Below are positions 17,099 to 25,440 of a stretch of DNA of 29,794 bases, one piece after another. The stretch is from a virus: positions 72,555 to 102,348 of the IMG/VR virus record IMGVR_UViG_3300020204_000022. One strand, written 5' to 3'. A model generated the notes under the pieces. The model saw only the letters and a program-made list of their open reading frames with translations. It was not told where the DNA came from and made no database searches. How positions within the stretch are numbered: position 1 is the first letter of the stretch; each line of letters opens with the position of its first letter. The translations under genes and the position numbers were made by a program.

Positions 17099-17867
17099 TC
17101 CTTTACGTTCTTATGGAGGTCCCGGATATTTTAGAGCCATTTCCAAAAGCAACAAGGAAGAAAATTTATCAAGGATTAAAGAATCTTCGAATTCTGGAGA
17201 ATCATTCGGAACAAATCCTAGCCGATTCCCCACCAAAGCCTTCGTTATTAATTTAGATAGAAGATTGGATCGCTGGGATGAATTCAAATCCAGAAATTTA
17301 GATTTATTCGATAATTTTAATGTTACTAGGTTTTCGGCTGTTGAGAAAGAAGACAGACAGTCTGCAATTTTCGAATCCCATTTTTCGTGTTTAAAACAGG
17401 GACTATCCAAAGAAGAATGTGTTATTATAATGGAAGACGACTCTTATTTGGTTCCTGGAGCTTTGTCGAAGTTGAAATCCGCATTTGACGATTTGCCATC
17501 TGATTGGGATTGTCTGATTGGCAATCATTATTTTTTTGGTGAAATTCAAGTTTTAACACATAACCTTGCCAAACCTTTATCGTATGCATCAACGATCAAC
17601 TTTGTGGTTTACAGAAACACAATTATTTCAAAAATTGCAGAAAATCTTGAATTTGCAAATGAATTTCCGGACTTCGACCACTTTATCACGTCAGAAAAAG
17701 TTCCAATCCAAAATTACACCATTTGGCCTATGATTTCTAGAGAATTTCTATCTTTTTCGGATCACAAACAAAAGGTTAGGAATATGGAAATTAGAGTTGC
17801 CGAAAATTCAAATTTGTTTCAATTCATCGATTCTGATTCTTATTATCCATCTATTCCAAACTGGTGA
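17091..17867 (+). CDS. glycosyltransferase family 25-like protein
   Basis: FVINLDRRLDRW..F, RFSAV, SH, IIMEDD, LPSDWD; start moved to ATG 17091. Confidence 0.82.
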   Translation: MNDPLRSYGGPGYFRAISKSNKEENLSRIKESSNSGESFGTNPSRFPTKAFVINLDRRLDRWDEFKSRNLDLFDNFNVTRFSAVEKEDRQSAIFESHFSCLKQGLSKEECVIIMEDDSYLVPGALSKLKSAFDDLPSDWDCLIGNHYFFGEIQVLTHNLAKPLSYASTINFVVYRNTIISKIAENLEFANEFPDFDHFITSEKVPIQNYTIWPMISREFLSFSDHKQKVRNMEIRVAENSNLFQFIDSDSYYPSIPNW

Positions 17868-17871
17868 GGGT

Positions 17872-17879
17872 GATATATA
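17872..17879 (+). promoter_or_regulatory. putative late promoter GATATATA
   Basis: 17 nt upstream of ATG 17897. Confidence 0.55.
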
Positions 17880-17896
17880 CTTAAAAACATTAAATT

Positions 17897-18793
17897 ATGA
17901 GTGGATATTCAAACGAACTTTCCGGAGTAGATAATTTTCAAAAGTGGTTGGTGAAACAAAGAAAAGATTCATTTGGGATTGGTGATGAACAGTCAGTAAA
18001 AAATTTCGGGTCATCATCTGAGATATCTAGAGCTTTGGATGCAAAATCTATTTCTCCCGTTTCCGGCCAAATTGATTTGAGTTCTTCTCCCGTTGATAAA
18101 AAGAAAGCAATGGAATCTATCATGGCTTCTCTAAAAAAAGTCGGGATAACAAATCCCTATGTTCAGGCCGGGGTTCTTGGTGTTTGCCATAAAGAAGGGG
18201 GATTCAATATACAAGGGGGGGAAATGTCCTATAAAAATACACCAGCAACTAGAATTCGGGAAGTTTTCGGCAAACGTGTGAGTGGACTATCGAACTCAGA
18301 AATAGATACACTGAAAAAAAACGACGTGGCATTTTGGGATCGGGTTTATGGGGTAGACGACCCAACTGGAATGGGGAAAAAACTCGGTAACACCTCCCCG
18401 GGCGATGGTTTGAAGTATAGAGGGAGAGGTTACAATGGGATAACATTTAAAACTGGCTATCAAAAATACACCGATATGCTTAGAAAAATGAATCCCCCTA
18501 CGAACGTAGATTTGGTTGCAAACCCGGATATTTTAGAAAAAGATTTACAAGTAGCAGCTGATGTTGCCGCTTTGTATTTTTTGGAGGGTTTGAACAATCC
18601 CATAATCAAACGTAAATATAGAAACAAAGACCACAACGATTTTAAAGACCTTAAAACAGCAACAGAAGCTGTTTCGAATGCAAATGCAGGGCCAGGGAAC
18701 AATGTTTACGCTGGTATAATAGGTGATGGGACGAGAAAGGCAATTGCTTTCGCCCAAAATTTAGATTTGGGAAATTTATCACAAACTGCGTAA
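17897..18793 (+). CDS. glycoside hydrolase family 19 (chitinase/lysozyme-like lysin) with N-terminal DNFxKW leader
   Basis: HKEGGF catalytic Glu region, LGN..PGDG.KYRGRG, IT, DLVANPD, AALYF. Confidence 0.88.
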   Translation: MSGYSNELSGVDNFQKWLVKQRKDSFGIGDEQSVKNFGSSSEISRALDAKSISPVSGQIDLSSSPVDKKKAMESIMASLKKVGITNPYVQAGVLGVCHKEGGFNIQGGEMSYKNTPATRIREVFGKRVSGLSNSEIDTLKKNDVAFWDRVYGVDDPTGMGKKLGNTSPGDGLKYRGRGYNGITFKTGYQKYTDMLRKMNPPTNVDLVANPDILEKDLQVAADVAALYFLEGLNNPIIKRKYRNKDHNDFKDLKTATEAVSNANAGPGNNVYAGIIGDGTRKAIAFAQNLDLGNLSQTA

Positions 18794-18832
18794 ATTTCCC
18801 CCATTTTATTTTTATTTGTGGAAATCTTTTCG

Positions 18833-18840
18833 TAATTTTG
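18833..18840 (+). promoter_or_regulatory. Bacteroidota-type -7 promoter box TAATTTTG
   Basis: Matches TAnnTTTG; intergenic, with TTTG at 18815-18818; 18 nt before ATG 18859. Confidence 0.55.
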
Positions 18841-18858
18841 GATATTAAACTTATCCAA

Positions 18859-19296
18859 ATGAAAAACATAGCACCATCCAATTTTCACGTATGGCGAAGG
18901 AGAATCCAAAAAATCTACATTTGGATTGTCAGAAAATTCGACATAGACTATTCTAACAGGTCAGAACTACTACCCCACGAGGGGGATTGTGTAGTTTTAT
19001 GCAAAAAACTCGTTAAAATGAGAGACTCGGTCATTTTAATGACCCCCCTCACAGACAAGAGGTACATTAAAAATCAAAGACTTCAGATTTATGTGATCAT
19101 GCAAAACCAGCACGTTCAAATTATAAATAACGTCCATTCTTACTCAGTTTCCCTAAACCAACGGAGTTGGAAAAGACTAATTGATTTTTACAATCTTGAA
19201 ATGGAAGAACGTCGGTTAGGATTCGAATTGGAAATAACCTCCAACATCAAGCACTCGCTTAAAACAATTTTGAATGAACTCGAACAAAAATCCTAG
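18859..19296 (+). CDS. hypothetical protein
   Basis: ORF; start moved to ATG 18859. Confidence 0.7.
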   Translation: MKNIAPSNFHVWRRRIQKIYIWIVRKFDIDYSNRSELLPHEGDCVVLCKKLVKMRDSVILMTPLTDKRYIKNQRLQIYVIMQNQHVQIINNVHSYSVSLNQRSWKRLIDFYNLEMEERRLGFELEITSNIKHSLKTILNELEQKS

Positions 19297-19603
19297 AAAT
19301 TACGGGTTTCAAATTGCCTTTTGGGCCGGCTTGCTTGTGACTCTGTTTACCTGTATCCTAATCCTAGGATTGGTTTTTCAAATTTTCGATCCTCTTCAAA
19401 AATTAATTTATTTACAAATCAAGTCGATAAAAACTGAGCTTTCCTCTCCAAAAGACGAAGTACAACCAAGGGAAATTGCAGAGGATTCACCCCGAAAAGA
19501 CACAATCGTTGTAATAGAAAAAATTTCGCAGGCGTGTAACAGAAACCATTGTGACCCAGATTCTTTGCCCCCTTTATCTTCCCCTTCCGCAGATTCAAAT
19601 TAA
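19274..19603 (+). CDS. single-pass membrane protein
   Basis: Hydrophobic IAFWAGLLVTLFTCILILGLVF; KDTIVV. Confidence 0.7.
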   Translation: MNSNKNPRNYGFQIAFWAGLLVTLFTCILILGLVFQIFDPLQKLIYLQIKSIKTELSSPKDEVQPREIAEDSPRKDTIVVIEKISQACNRNHCDPDSLPPLSSPSADSN

Positions 19604-19610
19604 ATTAAAT

Positions 19611-19727
19611 ATGTCAACCAGAAATTTAAATCCAATCTTTTCCTTTATCTCCAATCTAATTTTATTTGTCATTTTGGTTTTTTTCCTTTATGGGATGTAC
19701 ATTTTAATTAAAGATATTCTTTTATAA
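19611..19727 (+). CDS. 38-aa membrane peptide (absent from the ORF track)
   Basis: MSTRNLNPIFSFISNLILFVILVFFLYGMYILIKDILL; fills the intergenic gap. Confidence 0.55.
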   Translation: MSTRNLNPIFSFISNLILFVILVFFLYGMYILIKDILL

Positions 19728-19738
19728 AATTAAGAAAA

Positions 19739-20350
19739 ATGGAAAAAATTAAATTTTTTCGGGTCGAGGACAATCGTCCTTCTGTAGATAGAGTCAAAGA
19801 CTTTGGAAAATCCCTTCTATTTTGGAAAGGTAGAAAAAAAGGGATGATTCATACTCGTGATTTGAAGTGGGACGATATTCGTTTTATATTCTTTCCCAAA
19901 AACTTTGCCGAAAAATATGGTTATTTGGGATCCATCCCTGATTACAAATACTATGACCAAGCTATGGTTCCATTGGTTTTGGCTATGGATTATGAGGCAA
20001 AACCATGGTGGTGCCCACGTTGGTTTCTTAGATTCCTTCAAGTATTTGGTAATGATAGTTCTATTGTAAGGGTTCGTAACCGAAAGTTACATAATCTACA
20101 TAATAGATTAACTAAAGGAATTACATTCTATGATTATAAGACAAAGTGGGAGTGGTATGATTTAAGAATTTCAGTTGCGGGGCCAGAATACATTCAAGAT
20201 TTGGCGGATGCTATTGAAGATCATTATTACAAAGTTGGTAAAAGAAAAGATACTATTAAACAAATTAAGACATTCGAGCCTGAGTTTGATAAAACATATA
20301 TGAATACAAAGGATCTTGATGATTATTTAGAAACCTTATACGCTAAATAA
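19739..20350 (+). CDS. hypothetical protein
   Basis: 203-aa ORF, W-rich (KPWWCPRWFLRFL, KTKWEWYDLRI). Confidence 0.75.
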   Translation: MEKIKFFRVEDNRPSVDRVKDFGKSLLFWKGRKKGMIHTRDLKWDDIRFIFFPKNFAEKYGYLGSIPDYKYYDQAMVPLVLAMDYEAKPWWCPRWFLRFLQVFGNDSSIVRVRNRKLHNLHNRLTKGITFYDYKTKWEWYDLRISVAGPEYIQDLADAIEDHYYKVGKRKDTIKQIKTFEPEFDKTYMNTKDLDDYLETLYAK

Positions 20351-20373
20351 GAAATTATTTTGTATATTTAAGT

Positions 20374-21093
20374 ATGAAAACAATATTCATTGGAGATATC
20401 CATGGCCGTTCAATTTGGAAGGACATTGTAGCAAAAGAAAACGCTGATAGGGTTATCTTTATTGGAGATTACTTTGATTCTTTCGATATACCTGGCATAG
20501 ACCAAATTCATAATTTCAAAGAAATAATTGAATGCAAAAAAACAAGCGGTAAAGAAGTTATCCTATTAGTAGGTAATCACGACTTTCATTATATGAATGT
20601 TGGTGAAACCTATTCAGGTTTTCAACCCACTCTTAAATTTGATATTGAAATGGTGTTGAAAGAAAATATGGAACATCTTCAAATGGCATATTCCTTTGAT
20701 AAGTTCCTATGTACACACGCCGGTGTATCTTCAGTATTTATGGATAGGTGGTTTAGAAATATGTGGAATTGTGATAATTTGGTTGAGAAATTAAATGAAA
20801 CATTTATATACAGCCCATCTATTTTTAAATTTACAGGATGGGACCCCTATGGTGATGATGTAAACCAATCACCAATTTGGATTCGTCCACGATCTTTGTT
20901 ATGGTCAAATAAAAAAAGAGGAAAAGATTCTATCAAAGGTAGATTTATTCAAATTGTAGGCCACACTGGGGTCAGCTCTATTGATATCAAAGCAACAGAT
21001 AAATCAATGGGGGGTAAATACTATATGATTGATGCTTTACCTTCAAAAGAATATTTAATATATGATGGTGAACTTAAAGTTGGAAAATTATGA
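20374..21093 (+). CDS. calcineurin-like metallophosphoesterase
   Basis: GDIHG, GDYFD, GNHD, THAG, WIR, VGHT, ID motifs; TATATTTA box at 20363-20370. Confidence 0.92.
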   Translation: MKTIFIGDIHGRSIWKDIVAKENADRVIFIGDYFDSFDIPGIDQIHNFKEIIECKKTSGKEVILLVGNHDFHYMNVGETYSGFQPTLKFDIEMVLKENMEHLQMAYSFDKFLCTHAGVSSVFMDRWFRNMWNCDNLVEKLNETFIYSPSIFKFTGWDPYGDDVNQSPIWIRPRSLLWSNKKRGKDSIKGRFIQIVGHTGVSSIDIKATDKSMGGKYYMIDALPSKEYLIYDGELKVGKL

Positions 21094-21368
21094 TGAACGC
21101 AACAACAAAAGAACAAGAAGCAATTAGGGAATGTTATAGGAAACTATATAAGGCATCCACCCCATCAGCTGATTTTGATGAATTAATTAATAAAGCACCC
21201 ATAGATGAAAATGGGCAAAAGGTAATTGATTTTATGGCATATGAAATTTGTGAAAACGAATTTTCTCAAATTGTAGATGAAGTTATTAAAAAATATAAAA
21301 TTAAAACCCGCAGAGTAACACCATTTAAAAACTCTATCTACCTTGGTTGTAGTCCTAAATTTAAGTAA
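21090..21368 (+). CDS. hypothetical protein
   Basis: 92-aa ORF, ATGA overlap. Confidence 0.7.
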   Translation: MMNATTKEQEAIRECYRKLYKASTPSADFDELINKAPIDENGQKVIDFMAYEICENEFSQIVDEVIKKYKIKTRRVTPFKNSIYLGCSPKFK

Positions 21369-21376
21369 TAGAGAAA

Positions 21377-21826
21377 ATGAAAAAACAAATTTATCTAGAT
21401 GACGTTAGAACCCCCAAAGAAGATATTTGGGTGGTGGTTAGAAATTATGGTGAGTTCGTGGAAACGGTAACGAATATAGGATTGAAGAACATAGATGTAA
21501 TTTCCTTGGATCATGATTTAGGTGATACAGCTATGACAGAGTATTTCACCAACGTCAGTCCTAACTACAAACTAGATTACTCAAACATTCTTGAAAAGAC
21601 TGGAATGGATTGCGCTAAGTGGCTGGTCAATCATTATCTTGACAATTATATTACTCAAGAGAGTAGGTCAGAAAAAAAATCATCTGGTATTGTTTTTCCA
21701 CAAGTGTATACTCATTCGGCAAATCCGATCGGATCTGCCAACATTATGGGATATATCAATAATTTTTGGAAGAATGAGGGCCAACCTCAATCTTGTGTTC
21801 GTGTGAATATTCCACACTTTGTTTGA
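21377..21826 (+). CDS. divergent receiver-domain protein (cyclic-phosphate-processing REC type)
   Basis: IYLDDVRTP, VVRNY.EF, ISLDHDLG, KTG.DCAKWL, HSANPIG. Confidence 0.8.
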   Translation: MKKQIYLDDVRTPKEDIWVVVRNYGEFVETVTNIGLKNIDVISLDHDLGDTAMTEYFTNVSPNYKLDYSNILEKTGMDCAKWLVNHYLDNYITQESRSEKKSSGIVFPQVYTHSANPIGSANIMGYINNFWKNEGQPQSCVRVNIPHFV

Positions 21827-21836
21827 TATTTTGTTG

Positions 21837-21844
21837 TATATTTG
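21837..21844 (+). promoter_or_regulatory. Bacteroidota-type -7 promoter box TATATTTG
   Basis: TAnnTTTG, 12 nt before ATG 21857. Confidence 0.6.
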
Positions 21845-21856
21845 TAAAAAAATAAT

Positions 21857-21910
21857 ATGAAAAAATTCACAATTTTGGGGAAAAATTCGTTCAAAATTCG
21901 AAATAAATAG
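21857..21910 (+). pseudogene. 5' stub of a disrupted metallophosphoesterase
   Basis: MKKFTILG then unrelated sequence; compare MKTIFIG-DIHG at 20374. Confidence 0.45.
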
Positions 21911-21917
21911 GAACAGT

Positions 21918-21945
21918 GAAACATGTTCTGGCCCAGATTATATAA
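21918..21945 (+). promoter_or_regulatory. putative promoter GAAAC-N18-TATAA
   Basis: Recurrent motif ahead of ATG 21991. Confidence 0.55.
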
Positions 21946-21990
21946 TTCAAATATAAAGAAAATGATAAATAAAGTTTTCAATTTATAAAA

Positions 21991-22842
21991 ATGAAAAAAG
22001 CATTTGTTTCATTCTATGTTGGGTATGAATATGAAAGAATGACTAATCTTCTCAAAGAAAGTATTGAAACTTTTTCTGATAAACCCTTGATTGTTTTCAC
22101 CCCTAAAGATTTTGACTTAGAATTCCTCCCTGAGAATTGGAAACCTGGTTATATTTATATTTATAAAATTTTATCTTGTTTAAAATTATTGGAAGAGTTT
22201 GATGAAGTGGTTTGGCTAGATTCTGATTGTTTAGTTACCCACAACATTGAAAAAATTCGGGATTACAAAATTGATAAATTTCCTTTATTGCCTAGGGCTA
22301 GGTTTTATAATTTTGTAAATTGGCCAATGCCTTTTTTTGAATGTAGAAGCCCCCATTTCATGGGTGCTGCAAAACAAAAGGTTGAATGTTTTGACCTAGA
22401 TTTCCCCGATGTTTATCTTCAGGCCTGTTGTATGTTTATAAATAAAGATTGTGAACCTTTTTTAAGGGAAGTATTATCTTTTTTCGAAGATTTCGACGGG
22501 GAAAGTTTCTTTTTTGGTGATGAATCTATTATCAATTCTCTTTTTTGGAAATATAAAAATTCAAAAAACCTAGGTGATGTTTTTTTGTGTTCTCATTATT
22601 TTAGTTCTTACATATTCGATTCATTTATTACACTCCAGAAAGCTGAAGATTTTCCAAAATTGTTTGATCCTTCTTACGATGGTATATTTCCAATTGGTAC
22701 ACACCCTAACATTGAACTTAATACACATAACCGTTTAAAATTAATTCATAATAATTTTGAAAATATTTTGTTTTTTCATGGTACTAAAAGTTATGATAAG
22801 CATGAAAATTATCTTGATTCTTTAAAAATTTATAGAAAATAA
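21991..22842 (+). CDS. putative glycosyltransferase (GT-A, GT8-like)
   Basis: YKI, VVWLDSD, ACCMFINK, DESIIN, FFHGTK. Confidence 0.72.
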   Translation: MKKAFVSFYVGYEYERMTNLLKESIETFSDKPLIVFTPKDFDLEFLPENWKPGYIYIYKILSCLKLLEEFDEVVWLDSDCLVTHNIEKIRDYKIDKFPLLPRARFYNFVNWPMPFFECRSPHFMGAAKQKVECFDLDFPDVYLQACCMFINKDCEPFLREVLSFFEDFDGESFFFGDESIINSLFWKYKNSKNLGDVFLCSHYFSSYIFDSFITLQKAEDFPKLFDPSYDGIFPIGTHPNIELNTHNRLKLIHNNFENILFFHGTKSYDKHENYLDSLKIYRK

Positions 22843-22914
22843 ATTGATGCCTTGGAAATTGGTAAATTTCTCATCGATATTGATGGCAAACTTTCCGTAG
22901 GAGAAATTTCTTAA
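22843..22914 (+). pseudogene. 3' stub of a disrupted metallophosphoesterase
   Basis: IDALEIGKFLIDIDGKLSVGEIS* aligns with IDALPSKEYLIYDGELKVGKL*, the C-terminus of 20374-21093. Confidence 0.6.
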
Positions 22915-22926
22915 TTAAAAAATCTA

Positions 22927-23337
22927 ATGATTTCAAATTCACAAATACAACAGATTTCTTTTTTATTTTCTAAATTTTTGTATCCGCCTAAAAAAAATTA
23001 CGATCTAGAGGAACTCGGTAACAAAATAGGTGTAGCAGTTGCTAGATCTGTTTCAACTCTGAACCCAGACCAGATACAAGAATTCATATCCGGATTTATT
23101 CATGGGGTAAATCTAAATTTGGAAAATACAAAAGAAAAAGAAATTGAGAAAAAGAAATTCGATATTGATCTTGTTTATCAAAATTATTACAATTCCTGGA
23201 TGATGACAACGAACGACCCACTTCCGAAATCTGACTTCATTGCCCGGGTAATAGAAGACAAAGATTTTGCAAAAATATGGGGTGCAATCCCCCCAGATCC
23301 GCAATCGGGTTCAATCAGAGAAAGAAACGACGACTGA
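22927..23337 (+). CDS. hypothetical protein
   Basis: 136-aa ORF. Confidence 0.7.
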   Translation: MISNSQIQQISFLFSKFLYPPKKNYDLEELGNKIGVAVARSVSTLNPDQIQEFISGFIHGVNLNLENTKEKEIEKKKFDIDLVYQNYYNSWMMTTNDPLPKSDFIARVIEDKDFAKIWGAIPPDPQSGSIRERNDD

Positions 23338-23397
23338 AAAAACAGACGTTTGGATAAGATGTGATACAAGAAAACCACATAAATACTTTAGATAAAT

Positions 23398-23405
23398 GAT
23401 ATATA
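23398..23405 (+). promoter_or_regulatory. putative late promoter GATATATA
   Basis: 14 nt upstream of ATG 23420. Confidence 0.55.
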
Positions 23406-23419
23406 GAAAAAAAATAATT

Positions 23420-23821
23420 ATGAAAAATCTTATTCATTTTGAATCTTTTGATCAAATTGGAGCTCACAATATAAACGAGGAGACATCGAATATATCTTTA
23501 AAAAAATTGGATTCTATGTCAGATACACAACTCTACGATTATTTTTATAAATTAGTTAAAGAAAATCCCGATTCTTATATAAAATATCTCAAAAGCATGG
23601 GATTCAACCCAGTTACCGCTTCCAAATTATATCAGGTAGATTCTAATATGTTGATTCAATTTCTCGAATCCGTTAAGAAGGGGAAACCCCTAGGGTCAGA
23701 TAGTCCTAAAGAAAAAGAATATATGGGGAAGAGATTCAAAGCTGCTTTGTATATCTTATCTGGATTGATCTTGATGGGGGCAGGAACCGAGGGTGAAGTA
23801 TTGGTAAATGGAAAAAAATAG
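23420..23821 (+). CDS. hypothetical protein, possible internal head protein
   Basis: MKNLIHFESF...INEE N-terminus; hydrophobic stretch near the C-terminus; start moved to ATG 23420. Confidence 0.7.
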   Translation: MKNLIHFESFDQIGAHNINEETSNISLKKLDSMSDTQLYDYFYKLVKENPDSYIKYLKSMGFNPVTASKLYQVDSNMLIQFLESVKKGKPLGSDSPKEKEYMGKRFKAALYILSGLILMGAGTEGEVLVNGKK

Positions 23822-23833
23822 ACCCCTTAAATT

Positions 23834-24838
23834 ATGTCAAACCCAAATTTTTTTATCAATGAATTTTCTGGAGTAGATAACTTCGAAAAATGGCTGATTA
23901 AACAAAGAGAAGAAGCTTTTGGAAAATACAAACAAGATTCTTTGGGTGTAAATTCGGATGGAACCCAAAATGGAGTTAACAAAATAGATTCTTCTGGTGT
24001 AAATTCGAATCAAAACCCATCACAACAAACAAATTTAACAATCAATACAGAAGGAAAAAACAATAAATGTTCAGACTGGATATCAAGCTCAAATTATTGG
24101 CAAACTTCTGACGGTAAGAATTTGCAACAATTGGCTTCACCGTTAGTATTATCAAAAAATACAGGCTTGGGTGGAAACTACAACCCTAAAGTTTTCGAAG
24201 AAAACGTCCAAAATCCGAAAGTTTGGTGGTCAGTTTTTGATATAAACAACAATCGGTTTTTAGCAGAAAGTAAAGATTCTAATAAAAACGTTTATGGTGC
24301 TTCTGTTCCTAAAGTATGTGTAGCTTCGGCAGCATTATCTGTGAATAACGGAACACTCCCAACAGACAAAGATTTGAATTCGCTTATAAAACTTTTGGTG
24401 AAAAGTGATAACAATGTTTGGGATAAAATTTCTGAACTAGGTGGAGGCACCTCTGGAGTAAACGAATGGTCAAAAGCTTTGGGTTTTAAAATGACCCCAG
24501 CAAGAAGAGGAGGAAATAATTGCAATGCACACGATTTGGCTTTGTTTTGGAATTTAATTTGTAAAAATCAAATCCCGGGTTCAGAAAAAATTTTTAAAAT
24601 AACTTCTGCTTGTGATACAAGTAAGTCTAGATCAAGATTATATATGCCTAAAGATGTTTTAATAGGGGGTAAAACCGGATCTTATATGAAATCAAATCAC
24701 GATTCTTGTTGGTTAAAAAATAGCAAAGGTTTTTTTTCTATCACAGTACTCACAGAATTAGGTTCCGGTCCAGGTAGTAAAGGTAGTAATATTATTGCAA
24801 ACCTTTTCCGGGGTCTTTATAATCAATATTGTGATTAG
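23834..24838 (+). CDS. serine beta-lactamase/PBP-fold hydrolase with N-terminal DNFxKW leader
   Basis: ASVPK (SxxK), KSDN (SxN) and GKTG (KTG) in canonical order. Confidence 0.85.
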   Translation: MSNPNFFINEFSGVDNFEKWLIKQREEAFGKYKQDSLGVNSDGTQNGVNKIDSSGVNSNQNPSQQTNLTINTEGKNNKCSDWISSSNYWQTSDGKNLQQLASPLVLSKNTGLGGNYNPKVFEENVQNPKVWWSVFDINNNRFLAESKDSNKNVYGASVPKVCVASAALSVNNGTLPTDKDLNSLIKLLVKSDNNVWDKISELGGGTSGVNEWSKALGFKMTPARRGGNNCNAHDLALFWNLICKNQIPGSEKIFKITSACDTSKSRSRLYMPKDVLIGGKTGSYMKSNHDSCWLKNSKGFFSITVLTELGSGPGSKGSNIIANLFRGLYNQYCD

Positions 24839-24891
24839 AAAATTTTATAAATTTGGAATTTGTAAAATATATATAAATAAAAAAGATTATC

Positions 24892-25352
24892 ATGGAACAT
24901 TTATTAGAATACGATAATTTTTTGAATGAAATGACACCTCAGAATAATAATCTAGGTTACACTTTCGAAAATTGGAAAAAAAAGATCCTAAAACACGCAT
25001 AATGAAAGTTATAAAACAACCTGACTTCAAATCTTGGAATTTCTTGGCGCATGCCGAAAAGAACAAATGGTCTGTAGGAATTTCGGTTGTTGAAGATGCA
25101 GGTGATCCAAATGTATCAATAAAAGTCTCTCATGTAGACGGAAAACCAACAAAAGAATACGATATTATACAAAAATTAGCGATGGAACATTTATTCAAAT
25201 TAAAAGGGGCTTCAAAAAATATTTCTTCTGGTAGTAGGTATTTCGATGTTAAAGTTCCTAAAAATGGAAATATTGGACCAATAGCAGATTTTGTTGAAAA
25301 ATGCTATAATATGTGTTGGAATGAAAAGACATTACCAAGGAATATTTATTAG
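24892..25352 (+). CDS. hypothetical protein split over two frames at an A8 run (24976-24983)
   Basis: ATG 24892 frame MEHLLEYDNFLNE..NWKKKILKHA* (stop 25000-25002); the -1 frame stays open to 25352; AATATATATAAATA upstream. Confidence 0.55.
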
Positions 25353-25392
25353 TTGGGTTGAAGTCATAAATTAACCTAAATAATACAAAAAT

Positions 25393-25424
25393 AAACCCCA
25401 ATTTTAAGGGGTTTTTTATTTTTT
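25393..25424 (+). terminator. Rho-independent terminator
   Basis: aaacccc-aattttaa-ggggttt followed by a T-rich tract. Confidence 0.7.
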
Positions 25425-25440
25425 ATCGAATTCTTTTTCG

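Noticed and set aside
23834-24838. Antibiotic-resistance class A beta-lactamase
   Set aside because: No ExxLN omega-loop motif and no signal peptide
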